NCBI GenBank assembly: GCA_963754845.1 | Contig: CAVWHE010000006.1 | Coordinates: forward strand, 15,035 to 79,034 | Direction of reading: 5' to 3' | DNA from: an uncultured bacterium | GTDB lineage: Bacteria; Babelota; Babeliae; Babelales; Vermiphilaceae | DNA length: 64,000 bases | Part shown: in pieces, positions 1-8,400 of the stretch | Layout of the letters: the number at the start of each line of letters is the position of its first letter | How positions within the stretch are numbered: position 1 is the stretch's first letter | The notes under the pieces: generated by a model | What the model was told of the DNA's origin: nothing | The model's database searches: none | What the model saw: the letters and a program-made list of their open reading frames with translations, nothing else | Program-made: the position numbers and the translations under genes

Positions 1-519
1 CCGTTTTTTTCCCAGGCGCACGACCTGGCGGCAATAAGCTATTTTCGTTGAAAAAAAGCCTTCCTGCCCGGTGAGGATGGGCCACAGGGAATCGGCAATT
101 TCGTGAGCCAACATGTGCACACCGCATCCACGTTTGGCGATGGACTTTCCCTTGATCATGGTAGGCTGCACCGTATCGTAGAGGCGCCACAGGACGGCGA
201 GTCCATCCTTGGATTCTTCGACAAAAAGAGCCAGATGCCGACCGTGCTGAGCATAATGAGCCAAAACGTTCTTTGTCGGCTCCTTCTCAAGAGCGACGAG
301 AGATATTTTGCATTGCCCACTCCACGAAAGGTCGCGGGCAAGAGAGAGTGCGAGGCCCTGGACGTCTTCTGCTGCGGCAGGCGAGCCTATAGCACCGATT
401 ACAAGAGGAATTTTGGCATGTTCCTGTGCGTGAACACAGATAGCATTGTCGGAGGCTCCCATGGCACTCCACGCGAGGATGGCCAAAGAAGTTGTGATAA
501 AGACTTCTTTAACGTTCAT
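1..519 (-). CDS. tolB: TolB, N-terminal part (partial, continues past left window edge)
   Basis: The minus-strand frame is open from ATG 519-517 to position 1. It is absent from the ORF track because no stop lies in the window. Translation: MNVKEVFITTSLAILAWSAMG (signal-like) ... LAHEIADSLWPILTGQEGFFSTKIAYC. This fits the TolB N-terminal domain pattern (H.i.D.....lTG..G.F.TkIAY). It lies directly downstream of tolQ-tolR-tolA. Confidence 0.7.
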   Translation of the reverse strand, partial: MNVKEVFITTSLAILAWSAMGASDNAICVHAQEHAKIPLVIGAIGSPAAAEDVQGLALSLARDLSWSGQCKISLVALEKEPTKNVLAHYAQHGRHLALFVEESKDGLAVLWRLYDTVQPTMIKGKSIAKRGCGVHMLAHEIADSLWPILTGQEGFFSTKIAYCRQVVRLGKKR

Positions 520-566
520 AGCAAAGTTACCCTTCGATTAAAAGCACGACCTTGAGCTGCCAGCCG

Positions 567-1799
567 CTATTGTTTGAATGCAATGACAAATTCCCTGCCG
601 CACGCCCAGCGCGGCAATACCAGGGCACGTGCCGCCGCACGGGCGGCCATGTCGTAAATGAGCACCCCCGAGGACTCCTCTATGGTGCACGCCACTACTG
701 AACCATCACCACCGATGCGAACCTTGACTCCGCACGTCAACCCCTTGGCAAGTCCATGCGGTGGTTTCCAGCGCGTTTCAAGTTCACATTCGATGGTTGA
801 AACTATGCGGAGAGCCTCGGCGCTCGTATATTCACTTTCATAGTCTTGCCCATCATCAGGATAAGCTTCTTCGCCGGCTGCATCTTCACCTGCTTCACCC
901 GAAGAAGCGTCACTGCTGTTTCCATAGCCGCGCTCGTTGCCTGACGATTGCGAAGATGCCGCTTCGCTTTGTGGTGGCACCGCCGATTGCCCGACGCAAG
1001 TTTCTTCAGAATCGTGCGCTGTGGCGCCACGGGCTTCGGCGGCATCGTGATCATCCACGTGGTCGCCATCGGGCTCGATGTGGTGAGGAGCACCACCAGC
1101 GCGCTTGTCCTTTGCCCGTGTGCCCTGCGATTTTGACTTTTTGTCCACCGGCGGGGGCGGATGTTGAGCGACGGGTTCGGGACTTAAAGACTCGACGTTT
1201 TTCTCGTATGCAGCCGCCCGGGTGTTGACATTCGTCGGGGACTCTGCATGTGCGACTTTACGCAGTGCTGGTTTTTCTACGGAGTGCTCACGGGAGTGCT
1301 CGCGCGTTGTCGACGGCGTTTTCTTGATCGCGGGAGCCTTCTTGGATGCGCTTGCCTTACCAACGGGTTTGTCAACTAACATTGTTTGCCCAGCAACAAG
1401 ACGCGCACGCTGTGGTGGCGAATTTGAAGCGTTTGATGGTTGATCGGCGGCTGCTTTTTGAGCGCCGCGAGCGCGTGCCGCACACAATCCCTTCGATGCA
1501 CCGCTCTTTGACGTACGAGCTCCTTTTCCCGTCACCGCTCCGGCAGCGGTGGCGTTCCGACGTGTCGCCGCAACGCCACCGTTCTGCACACTTCGTTGGC
1601 GTCCGCGCACATGTCCCGGCCTGAACATGATGCTCCTGTGAGTTGCCCCCGTGCCTATTTCAAGATGGAAGGGGGCCGCGCCGCCGCGGTAAACAACGAA
1701 TAAAAAAAAACCAACCACACAGTGGGCGACAGTCGAAATTGTTGTCAGTTCACAAAAGAAAAGGTATTTGTTACGCGGGTTTCGTAGCCAAGGCAACAT
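567..1799 (-). CDS. tolA: TolA-like (TonB/TolA family) envelope-spanning protein
   Basis: It has an N-terminal hydrophobic anchor (LFFCELTTISTVAHCVVGFFLFVVY). A long Ala/Lys/Pro/Ser/Glu-rich low-complexity spacer follows, then a compact C-terminal domain (WKPPHGLAKGLTCGVKVRIGGDGSVVACTIEESSG...). Its position is between tolR and tolB. The 29-nt overlap with tolR means the true start is uncertain. Confidence 0.6.
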   Translation of the reverse strand: MLPWLRNPRNKYLFFCELTTISTVAHCVVGFFLFVVYRGGAAPFHLEIGTGATHRSIMFRPGHVRGRQRSVQNGGVAATRRNATAAGAVTGKGARTSKSGASKGLCAARARGAQKAAADQPSNASNSPPQRARLVAGQTMLVDKPVGKASASKKAPAIKKTPSTTREHSREHSVEKPALRKVAHAESPTNVNTRAAAYEKNVESLSPEPVAQHPPPPVDKKSKSQGTRAKDKRAGGAPHHIEPDGDHVDDHDAAEARGATAHDSEETCVGQSAVPPQSEAASSQSSGNERGYGNSSDASSGEAGEDAAGEEAYPDDGQDYESEYTSAEALRIVSTIECELETRWKPPHGLAKGLTCGVKVRIGGDGSVVACTIEESSGVLIYDMAARAAARALVLPRWACGREFVIAFKQ

Positions 1800-2196
1800 G
1801 TGCTATTCCCTCGATGCACTTCATCTGGTCCACGATTTCCGTAACAAAGCCATAGTGGACCGATCGATCGGCGTTGATGTAAACAGTTTTGTCGCGTCCA
1901 GATGCAACCATGTGCCGCAATTGTGTCATAAGAGCGCCGTTGGCGACGGGTGCGCCATTAAGATAGACGCGCTCATCTTTGTCGACATAAACAACCATAT
2001 CCTGCGTCGAACCACCATCTTCCTTGATACGTCCCCGCGGCAAGTTAACTTTAATGGCGTTGTGGACCATAGGTGTCGTGACCATGAAAATTATAAGAAG
2101 CGTCAAGGCCGTGTCAATAAGGGGGACAAGCGTTATTTCAGGCATGCTTGGCAGCGGGCGGACGCGGTGGCGTTTGCCGGTGTTCATGATCATCAC
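1771..2196 (-). CDS. tolR: TolR/ExbD biopolymer transport protein
   Basis: 141 aa. The ExbD/TolR signature is PEITLVPLIDTALTLLIIFMVTTPMV..VNLP. The 4-nt overlap with the upstream tolQ stop indicates coupling. Confidence 0.85.
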   Translation of the reverse strand: MMIMNTGKRHRVRPLPSMPEITLVPLIDTALTLLIIFMVTTPMVHNAIKVNLPRGRIKEDGGSTQDMVVYVDKDERVYLNGAPVANGALMTQLRHMVASGRDKTVYINADRSVHYGFVTEIVDQMKCIEGIAHVALATKPA

Positions 2197-2927
2197 TCCT
2201 TCGCGCAGATGCCTTGCATAATCATAACCACCTGATCAGCACACACATAAAGTTGTCGCTCGACCGATCTGATGCGGTTGGCAACGTGATGATACATGAC
2301 GAGGGCAGGTATTGCCACGATGAGCCCTGCAAGCGTTGTGATGAGCGCCTCAGCAATACCGGGAGCAACTGTCGCAATATCCGCTGTCTGCAATTCACCG
2401 ATTCTGACGAAGGCATGAATGAGGCCCCAGACAGTGCCAAAAAGTCCCAAAAGCGGTGAGACAGCTGCCGATATCGACAGAACCGGTACATACGCCTCCT
2501 CAGTTTGTACAAGCTCAACGACGGTATGATCAATATTCTGACTGAGCTGTGCGCATGCCTGCTCTGTGAGTCCCCTACGGTTTGCCAGGCCGTCCTTTGC
2601 AACCATGCCCTTGAACATAACGAGACCCTTTGAAATAAGGTAGCCCGGTAGCGTTTGGACACAGCGGTCGGCGACCACGAGAAGCCCTTCAAGGCCCGTC
2701 GTTTGTTTGAGCGCGGCACTTACGTCGCGCAACTGTTTATGCTTGAGGCGGTACATGATGATTTTATAGAGAAAAATCGTCCAACATGCGATGGACATGG
2801 TGAGTAAGAGAAGAAGGACGCCTTTTGTAACAACGTCTGACTGCTTTACTAAAAACCACAGCGAATTACCAAAAAGTTGATCCATTGAAGCAAACCTCTC
2901 GTGCTTATGCCATAACCTGCGCATCAA
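2193..2927 (-). CDS. tolQ: TolQ/ExbB/MotA-family proton channel
   Basis: 244-aa ORF. The conserved C-terminal block is LLGLFGTVWGLIHAF....IATVAPGIAEALITTLAGLIVAIPALVMYH. An alternative start is ATG at 2885 (MDQLFGNS...). Confidence 0.85.
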   Translation of the reverse strand: MMRRLWHKHERFASMDQLFGNSLWFLVKQSDVVTKGVLLLLLTMSIACWTIFLYKIIMYRLKHKQLRDVSAALKQTTGLEGLLVVADRCVQTLPGYLISKGLVMFKGMVAKDGLANRRGLTEQACAQLSQNIDHTVVELVQTEEAYVPVLSISAAVSPLLGLFGTVWGLIHAFVRIGELQTADIATVAPGIAEALITTLAGLIVAIPALVMYHHVANRIRSVERQLYVCADQVVMIMQGICAKE

Positions 2928-2975
2928 ATCTTAGAGCAATTCTCAAAAAAATTAAGCTTCCTTTTGTTTAACACG

Positions 2976-4307
2976 TCATCCATGTACTTGAGCATCGCGC
3001 TTAGCGTGCAGGCGTGCAATGCCTTCGTCGATGGCAGAAATCTTTTTCTGAAAGTACTCGACGCGCTCGCGCGCTATTTTTTCTTCATGGAGGACGGCAG
3101 TTTCAACATCAAGTGCCACACCGAACACGAGTGCGTACGTTGTCGCATGCCATGACGCCGAACGCAGGCGCGTGTCGCGATGATGGAGCGTCAACATCCA
3201 GTCGTCGAGTGCGCGCGCCGTCGTCATAACTGCATACGCGTCATAGAACGCCTGAAAAAGTACCTGATTGGCTTCAACGGGACTCGAAGAAACCGTCCAC
3301 ACGATTGCCCCCTCTTCCCTGCCCGACACGTAAAGCCCTTGCGAGACGCGGGGGTGAATTTTGTAAAACTCTTCGTTGCGGACAAACGCACGCACGTCAA
3401 CACCAAACTTTGGCGGTGCATTCTGGCGACGATCGCCTGTGACGGAAATAGTCGCATCACGGGCAAAAAAATTTATGAAATCTTTTTCAACAACTCCACC
3501 AGGTCCTCTCCCGTAACTCGATATTCTCACGACCTCAGCGGTGTCGTCTGATGTTCCTGCCACCACGTACAACGAAAGCGGTAGTGTATCGAAGAATCGA
3601 TTCACAAGGGTTATAAGACCGTCCTGCGTATAAGGAGTGGGAGCTGCGCGCAGGGAAATTTCGCGTCTGAGAGCATAATTTTGCCAACGCCGTCTGTCTT
3701 CGTGATCGCCCCGGATGAGGATAACGTGGTCAGGATTGACGTAGAGAAGACGCGCAACCACAACGAGAGTTTCAAGAGCATACGCCGATCTTGACTCAAT
3801 GTTGCCGTTGACGATTATGAAATAACCGTCCTTCACAATTCTGAGGTGTTTGTCAATTATACCATCCTTTTCGAGTTTAAGCAGGTCGCGTGCAAACGAA
3901 TGGAAAGCTCCCTGTAATTCGCCAAAAATGACAAATTTTGTTCCAGGAACCGCATCAGTTTTTATAATAAAACGTCCTCCGCGGCCGCGGTCTTCCTGGT
4001 GCCTCACAACCTCTTTAAGGAGGGGCTCAACAACCTTGGGATCCCAGAGGGGCTTTACGAGCCCTAGTTTTGCAAAAAACGTATAAAAAAGGTGTGATTG
4101 TTGGCGTTCGTGGTATGACGAAAAATCAGGATTTTCCCAGTCGTTATTGTCGGGTTTTGGGTTTTCCTGAGTGCTCCGTGCGTAACGTTCGATCGCGCCC
4201 AGCGTATCAAAAATGTCTGGCACGTGGCCGGCTGCCGGTCCAACGTAGCATGCGATCCACGACAGCAGACAGTGGCACGCGTAAAAGCAAGCACTTTGTG
4301 TTTTCAT
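2976..4307 (-). CDS. Secreted protein with degenerate PPP (calcineurin-like) phosphoesterase module and C-terminal coiled coil; short paralog of the N-terminal ~450 aa of the 1580-aa protein
   Basis: The ORF runs 2976..4481. I place the start at ATG 4307 (MKTQSACFYACHCLLSWIACYVGPAAG, signal-like), because the longer form overlaps the upstream gene by 125 nt. PPP-like motif positions are present but substituted: FGELQG for GDxHG, NGNIESRS for GDxVDRG, and RGDHED for GNHE. It is alignable by eye to aa ~35-480 of ORF 5495..10237 (DWENPDFS / DWTAPDFS, PLWDPKVVE / RLWSPSVIE, LSLYVVAG / LALYCAVTG). Confidence 0.55.
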   Translation of the reverse strand: MKTQSACFYACHCLLSWIACYVGPAAGHVPDIFDTLGAIERYARSTQENPKPDNNDWENPDFSSYHERQQSHLFYTFFAKLGLVKPLWDPKVVEPLLKEVVRHQEDRGRGGRFIIKTDAVPGTKFVIFGELQGAFHSFARDLLKLEKDGIIDKHLRIVKDGYFIIVNGNIESRSAYALETLVVVARLLYVNPDHVILIRGDHEDRRRWQNYALRREISLRAAPTPYTQDGLITLVNRFFDTLPLSLYVVAGTSDDTAEVVRISSYGRGPGGVVEKDFINFFARDATISVTGDRRQNAPPKFGVDVRAFVRNEEFYKIHPRVSQGLYVSGREEGAIVWTVSSSPVEANQVLFQAFYDAYAVMTTARALDDWMLTLHHRDTRLRSASWHATTYALVFGVALDVETAVLHEEKIARERVEYFQKKISAIDEGIARLHAKRDAQVHG

Positions 4308-4356
4308 GGCAATTTTTATGCCCACGGCATTGCCGCAAAAAATCTTCACAACGTTC

Positions 4357-5430
4357 CTAAACATTGTGCAAAAAATAGTACCACGAACAAAGGAATCCAA
4401 CATGGAGAAAGGTGTAGACGAGACCTTTGAGCACAATAATGAACGGCTTAAGCTCAGCGAGTCGTATGAGAAAAATGGCAAGGGAAAAAATAATGAGCGT
4501 AGCCGTCAAAAAGAAAATAAAGACCTTGTCAGACAAAACAAAATAGCCAACTTTGGGCGACATGCCCTCGATGACAAAACGGTAACCCAGAAGCGCCGTC
4601 ACGCCGGCTGAAGCCAGCCCAAAAACGATCGTTGGATACCTTCGTGGATCAAGCGCCAAGGAAAAGAGACTTAAAAAGTAAATCATAAAGAGTGGCAAAA
4701 GTATGAGCATTGCATTGCGGAACCCAATGCGCCGCATACGCATTGAAAAAACCGCGCAGGGCCGGCTGATATTTCTTTTGGTTTCGTATTCATCGATAAC
4801 GATCTCTCGCCAACCAGTTCTTATCGAAGTGCCAAGAAGAAGCCACCCAATACGCTTTGAGAGTGCCGGCGAAAGCTCAAAGAACGGCGAATACGACCTA
4901 AAGATCATTTCACTGGGCACGGCTTTGTTATTGACAAGGACGAGGTCGATGCGGTGCGCATCGAAGGGAAAGAAGGCATAATCCATATCCGATTTAAAGC
5001 GCACACGGACGGTATAATGTGCAAAAAAGCGACCATCTACAACTTGAACACTCGGTTTTGATTGATGGATAATCTCGCCCTTTTCAAAGGAAAAGTTGCC
5101 AACGGTGCTCAGAGAAATAAGGGCGGGATCAAAACCAAACCAGAGCCCACCATCAAAGGTAAAATCACTGTTAACAAAATCGAAGGTGGGGAAATTTGTG
5201 ATGTACAAGCCGACGCTTACCCGTATCGGCACCCCTGCCCATTCCTTCACCATGCCAGGCGTCATCGGTGTCAGGAGAATTTCTTTTTCGGTTCCCACGA
5301 GTCGCGTGCAAGGACGATACGCTATGAGAACGGCAACAAGTGAGACTATGAGCATACCGATGACTTGGGGCACCGGGTGAGTAATGCGACCAAGAAGTCT
5401 CACCGGGAAAGCATCGCACGCTGATACCAT
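4357..5430 (-). CDS. Pentameric ligand-gated ion channel (Cys-loop receptor superfamily, GLIC/ELIC-like) homolog
   Basis: 357 aa. The extracellular-domain pattern is PIRVSVGLYITNFPTFDFVNSDFTFDGGLWFGFDPAL. The loop motif is MDYAFFPFDAHRIDLVL (compare FPFD.Q.l.l). Four hydrophobic helices follow: AMLILLPLFMIYFLSLFSLAL; IVFGLASAGVTALLGYRFVI with the PKVGYFVLSDK pre-M3 pattern; VFIFFLTATLIIFSLAIFLI; and IIVLKGLVYTFLHVGFLCSWYYFL. Confidence 0.6.
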   Translation of the reverse strand: MVSACDAFPVRLLGRITHPVPQVIGMLIVSLVAVLIAYRPCTRLVGTEKEILLTPMTPGMVKEWAGVPIRVSVGLYITNFPTFDFVNSDFTFDGGLWFGFDPALISLSTVGNFSFEKGEIIHQSKPSVQVVDGRFFAHYTVRVRFKSDMDYAFFPFDAHRIDLVLVNNKAVPSEMIFRSYSPFFELSPALSKRIGWLLLGTSIRTGWREIVIDEYETKRNISRPCAVFSMRMRRIGFRNAMLILLPLFMIYFLSLFSLALDPRRYPTIVFGLASAGVTALLGYRFVIEGMSPKVGYFVLSDKVFIFFLTATLIIFSLAIFLIRLAELKPFIIVLKGLVYTFLHVGFLCSWYYFLHNV

Positions 5431-5494
5431 AAAAATCGAGCCCCTTCACTCTGTGCGCAACCGAAAAGTGCCCTGCCGACTGCGCCGATTTCAT

Positions 5495-8400
5495 TCACAC
5501 GCTATATTCCTGCCAGGGACCTTTGCCAGGATCAATCCATATCTTATTAATGAGCCAGCGCCGCCCACTATTGAAAGACAAAGTGATTCCGCCCAGGTCG
5601 ACATCGACACAGGCTTCGGCTGCCTTAATTATTTTTTCGTTAGTCACCTTGCCATCAATACCTTGTATGAACCTCGTAAAGATCCGTGCACTTATGTAGG
5701 CTTGGAATGCAAGAGGATCCACAGCTATGCCGTTGCGCTCAGCAAACTTTCTAAAATCCTGCGCTATGGGCAGCGGTGATTCTGCAGGATTGGCAACGAG
5801 GCTTATAACAGAATACCTTATGCCACGATCCTTACAGTATTGTTTGAGATCGTTGGTATTGGTGAATCCGGACCCACCGACAAGGGGACACCGTACAAAA
5901 AAATCGTCGCCAAGTTCACGTATAACCTCCTTGGCAGCAGTTTGCGTGCCAAAGATAACGAGAACGTCGGGCGATTCGTTTTTAATTTTTTGCGCATGTA
6001 CGGAAAAATTGACGTCGGCCGATGTGTAGGGAATATCGACGCACGTGACTGTTCCTTCCTTGGCCGCCTCTCTTTTGAATCCGTCGGTGTTGTAGGCAAC
6101 GGCATCAAGGTAAAAAAGGGCGGCTTTGCGTGGTCCGTAGTTGTGTACAACAAATCTATACATGAAGGCCCCTTCCTCGAAGCCCGAAACGCCGAAGTTG
6201 ATAATATTTGTTTGCAAACGCTCTCTATAGGATGGTGATTCACTTATGGGAAACAGAACAATAAGATCGCCCCTCATGACCAGATCAAGGTACCGCTGAA
6301 GCGTGGGGCTACCGACGGGAGTGAGAATAATGTTTGTGTGATACGTACTCCTGAGCTCTTGAACATTGCGGCGCGCCTGTTCGGGGACGTAACCATCATC
6401 AAGAACACGAAGCCTCACCGTACGCGCTCCCAGGACGTTGTCCCTATCAAGCTCACTAAAGTACGTTTCAAGAGTGGTTTTGATGAGAATCCCCTCAGCC
6501 CGAAGGTGCCGTGTGTAATCGAGAGTGCTTCCGACAAAAATAACCTCCCGACCCTCTCTGTCGACCTTTGCCGCCTCTTTCGATACTGCAACACCCTCTT
6601 TTAATGGCAGTTGTGCTGGAGCGTGGCTCTTCGTACCTTTGTCCTCGGGAGCCACCGACATCTGATGCTCCGAAGAGTCGCTCAATGAATACTCGTACCA
6701 GGGGCCCGATCCTGGATCAATCCAAAATTTATTGATAAGGCGCCGCGTTGCAGGATCAAACGTCAGCGTGATCCCCCCGAGGTCGACTCCTTTGAGCTTT
6801 TCGGCGGCCTCTACAAGTGTTCTGCCTGTCACCGGTCCCTTGATCATACCCACAAGATGGGTAAACATTCGAGCGCTTATGTACGTTTGAAAGGCAACTG
6901 GTCCTTGGTCAATACCATGGTTGAGGGCAAACTCCTCAAAGTCTTGCGCAATCGGCAGATGGCACGTCTCATGGTCGGGAACGGTACTTACAAATGCGCA
7001 CGCAATGCCGCGGTCTTTGCAATATTTTTTGAAATAATTGACGTTGAGGAACGAAACAGCGCTCATGAGAGACCGTCCGGTCACAAAAGCGATGCCAAGT
7101 TCCCGTAAAAGTTCCATTGCCGGTGTAACATCACAAAAAAGCATGAGGATGCCGGGATCTTCTTCTTTAATTTTTTGTACCTGCGCCGCAAAATTTACAT
7201 CCGTTGGAACGTAGGAAACAGTCGCGTACGTCGCCGGATCCCGGTCCTTGAGCTTATGTTTTATTCCATCAAGGAGTCTGGGCGTCGTTGCCTCGAAGAA
7301 GACCACAATTTTATTGCGTTGTCCGTGAAGATCAGTGGCAAAATTATACATCGCCGCCCCCGACTCGAGGCTCGATATGCCAAAATTAACTATATTTTTA
7401 AAATTTTTTGCCCTAAAGATAGGTGATTCGCACAAGGGAAAAAGCACGGTAACACTGCCGCTTTTGACAAAATCAACGTAACGTGCGAGCGTAGGACTTC
7501 CAAGCGGTGTCAGAACTATATCAGTTTGATAGGACGAAACAAGCTCCTGAACATTGGCGCGTGCACGCTCAGGATCGTACCCGTCGTCGAGAACGCGGAG
7601 CTTAACCTTCTTGCCGTGCGACAACCGTGGATCCTTGTTGAAGTCATCAAAGTACGCCTCCAGCGTAACCTTAATGAAGGTTCCCATGATCTTTTCACTT
7701 TTAGTGAAATCGAGTGTACATCCTACGTTAATGACCTCCTGCGTAGTTTCTCGATGTTTCGGCTGCCCAGGCTTTCTTGGAGTCGCGCTGATGCCGCTAT
7801 CGGATCCACGGCCGACATCAATCTTGACGGTTTTTCCCTGTCCGAAATTAATCCACAACACGCTTGAAAGTCTGTGATGATAGTTATCAAAATCCAGGAG
7901 CATTCCACCAAAGTCAAAGGTGCGCATGCTTTCAAAAGACTTAATGAGCGCCCCTTTCGTGATAGGCCCGGGTATGCGCTTAACGGCCTCGATGAAAATG
8001 CGTGCACAGAGATACGTGGAAAGCGACAATTGGTTGATGTCGACTCCCGCCTCTTCCATATCTTTTCGATATTCCTGAATGATGGGAAGATTGCTGTAAT
8101 GCGGATCAGGCAGAGCGATACTCGAGATTAATTTTCCACCCCGCTCTTCAATAACCTTCCTCACGCTGTCAACGCTAAAAATGGACGGGGCAAAGAACAC
8201 TTTTCCGCGGACGAGCGAATCCGGCAGTTCGCGGAGGAAGGCGCGCGTAGGAACGTCAGGTGATAAAATGCCAACGCAGTCAAAATCGAGGTTTCGCACG
8301 GCGTCAAGTTGTTTCTCAAAGTTTACATCATTTTTTTCGTGGGTAATTTTTGTTACGGGAATATTTTTCTTCTCAAAGTAAAGGGAAATTGGGTTGGTCA

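Noticed and set aside
103-555. 150-aa plus-strand ORF at the left edge
   Set aside because: It is antisense to a much better minus-strand reading (the TolB N-terminal domain, directly downstream of tolA). It has no recognisable motifs of its own.
567-1799. Calling the 410-aa protein TonB rather than TolA
   Set aside because: Sequence alone cannot separate the two. The tolQ-tolR-X-tolB context favours TolA, so TonB was not used as the primary call.
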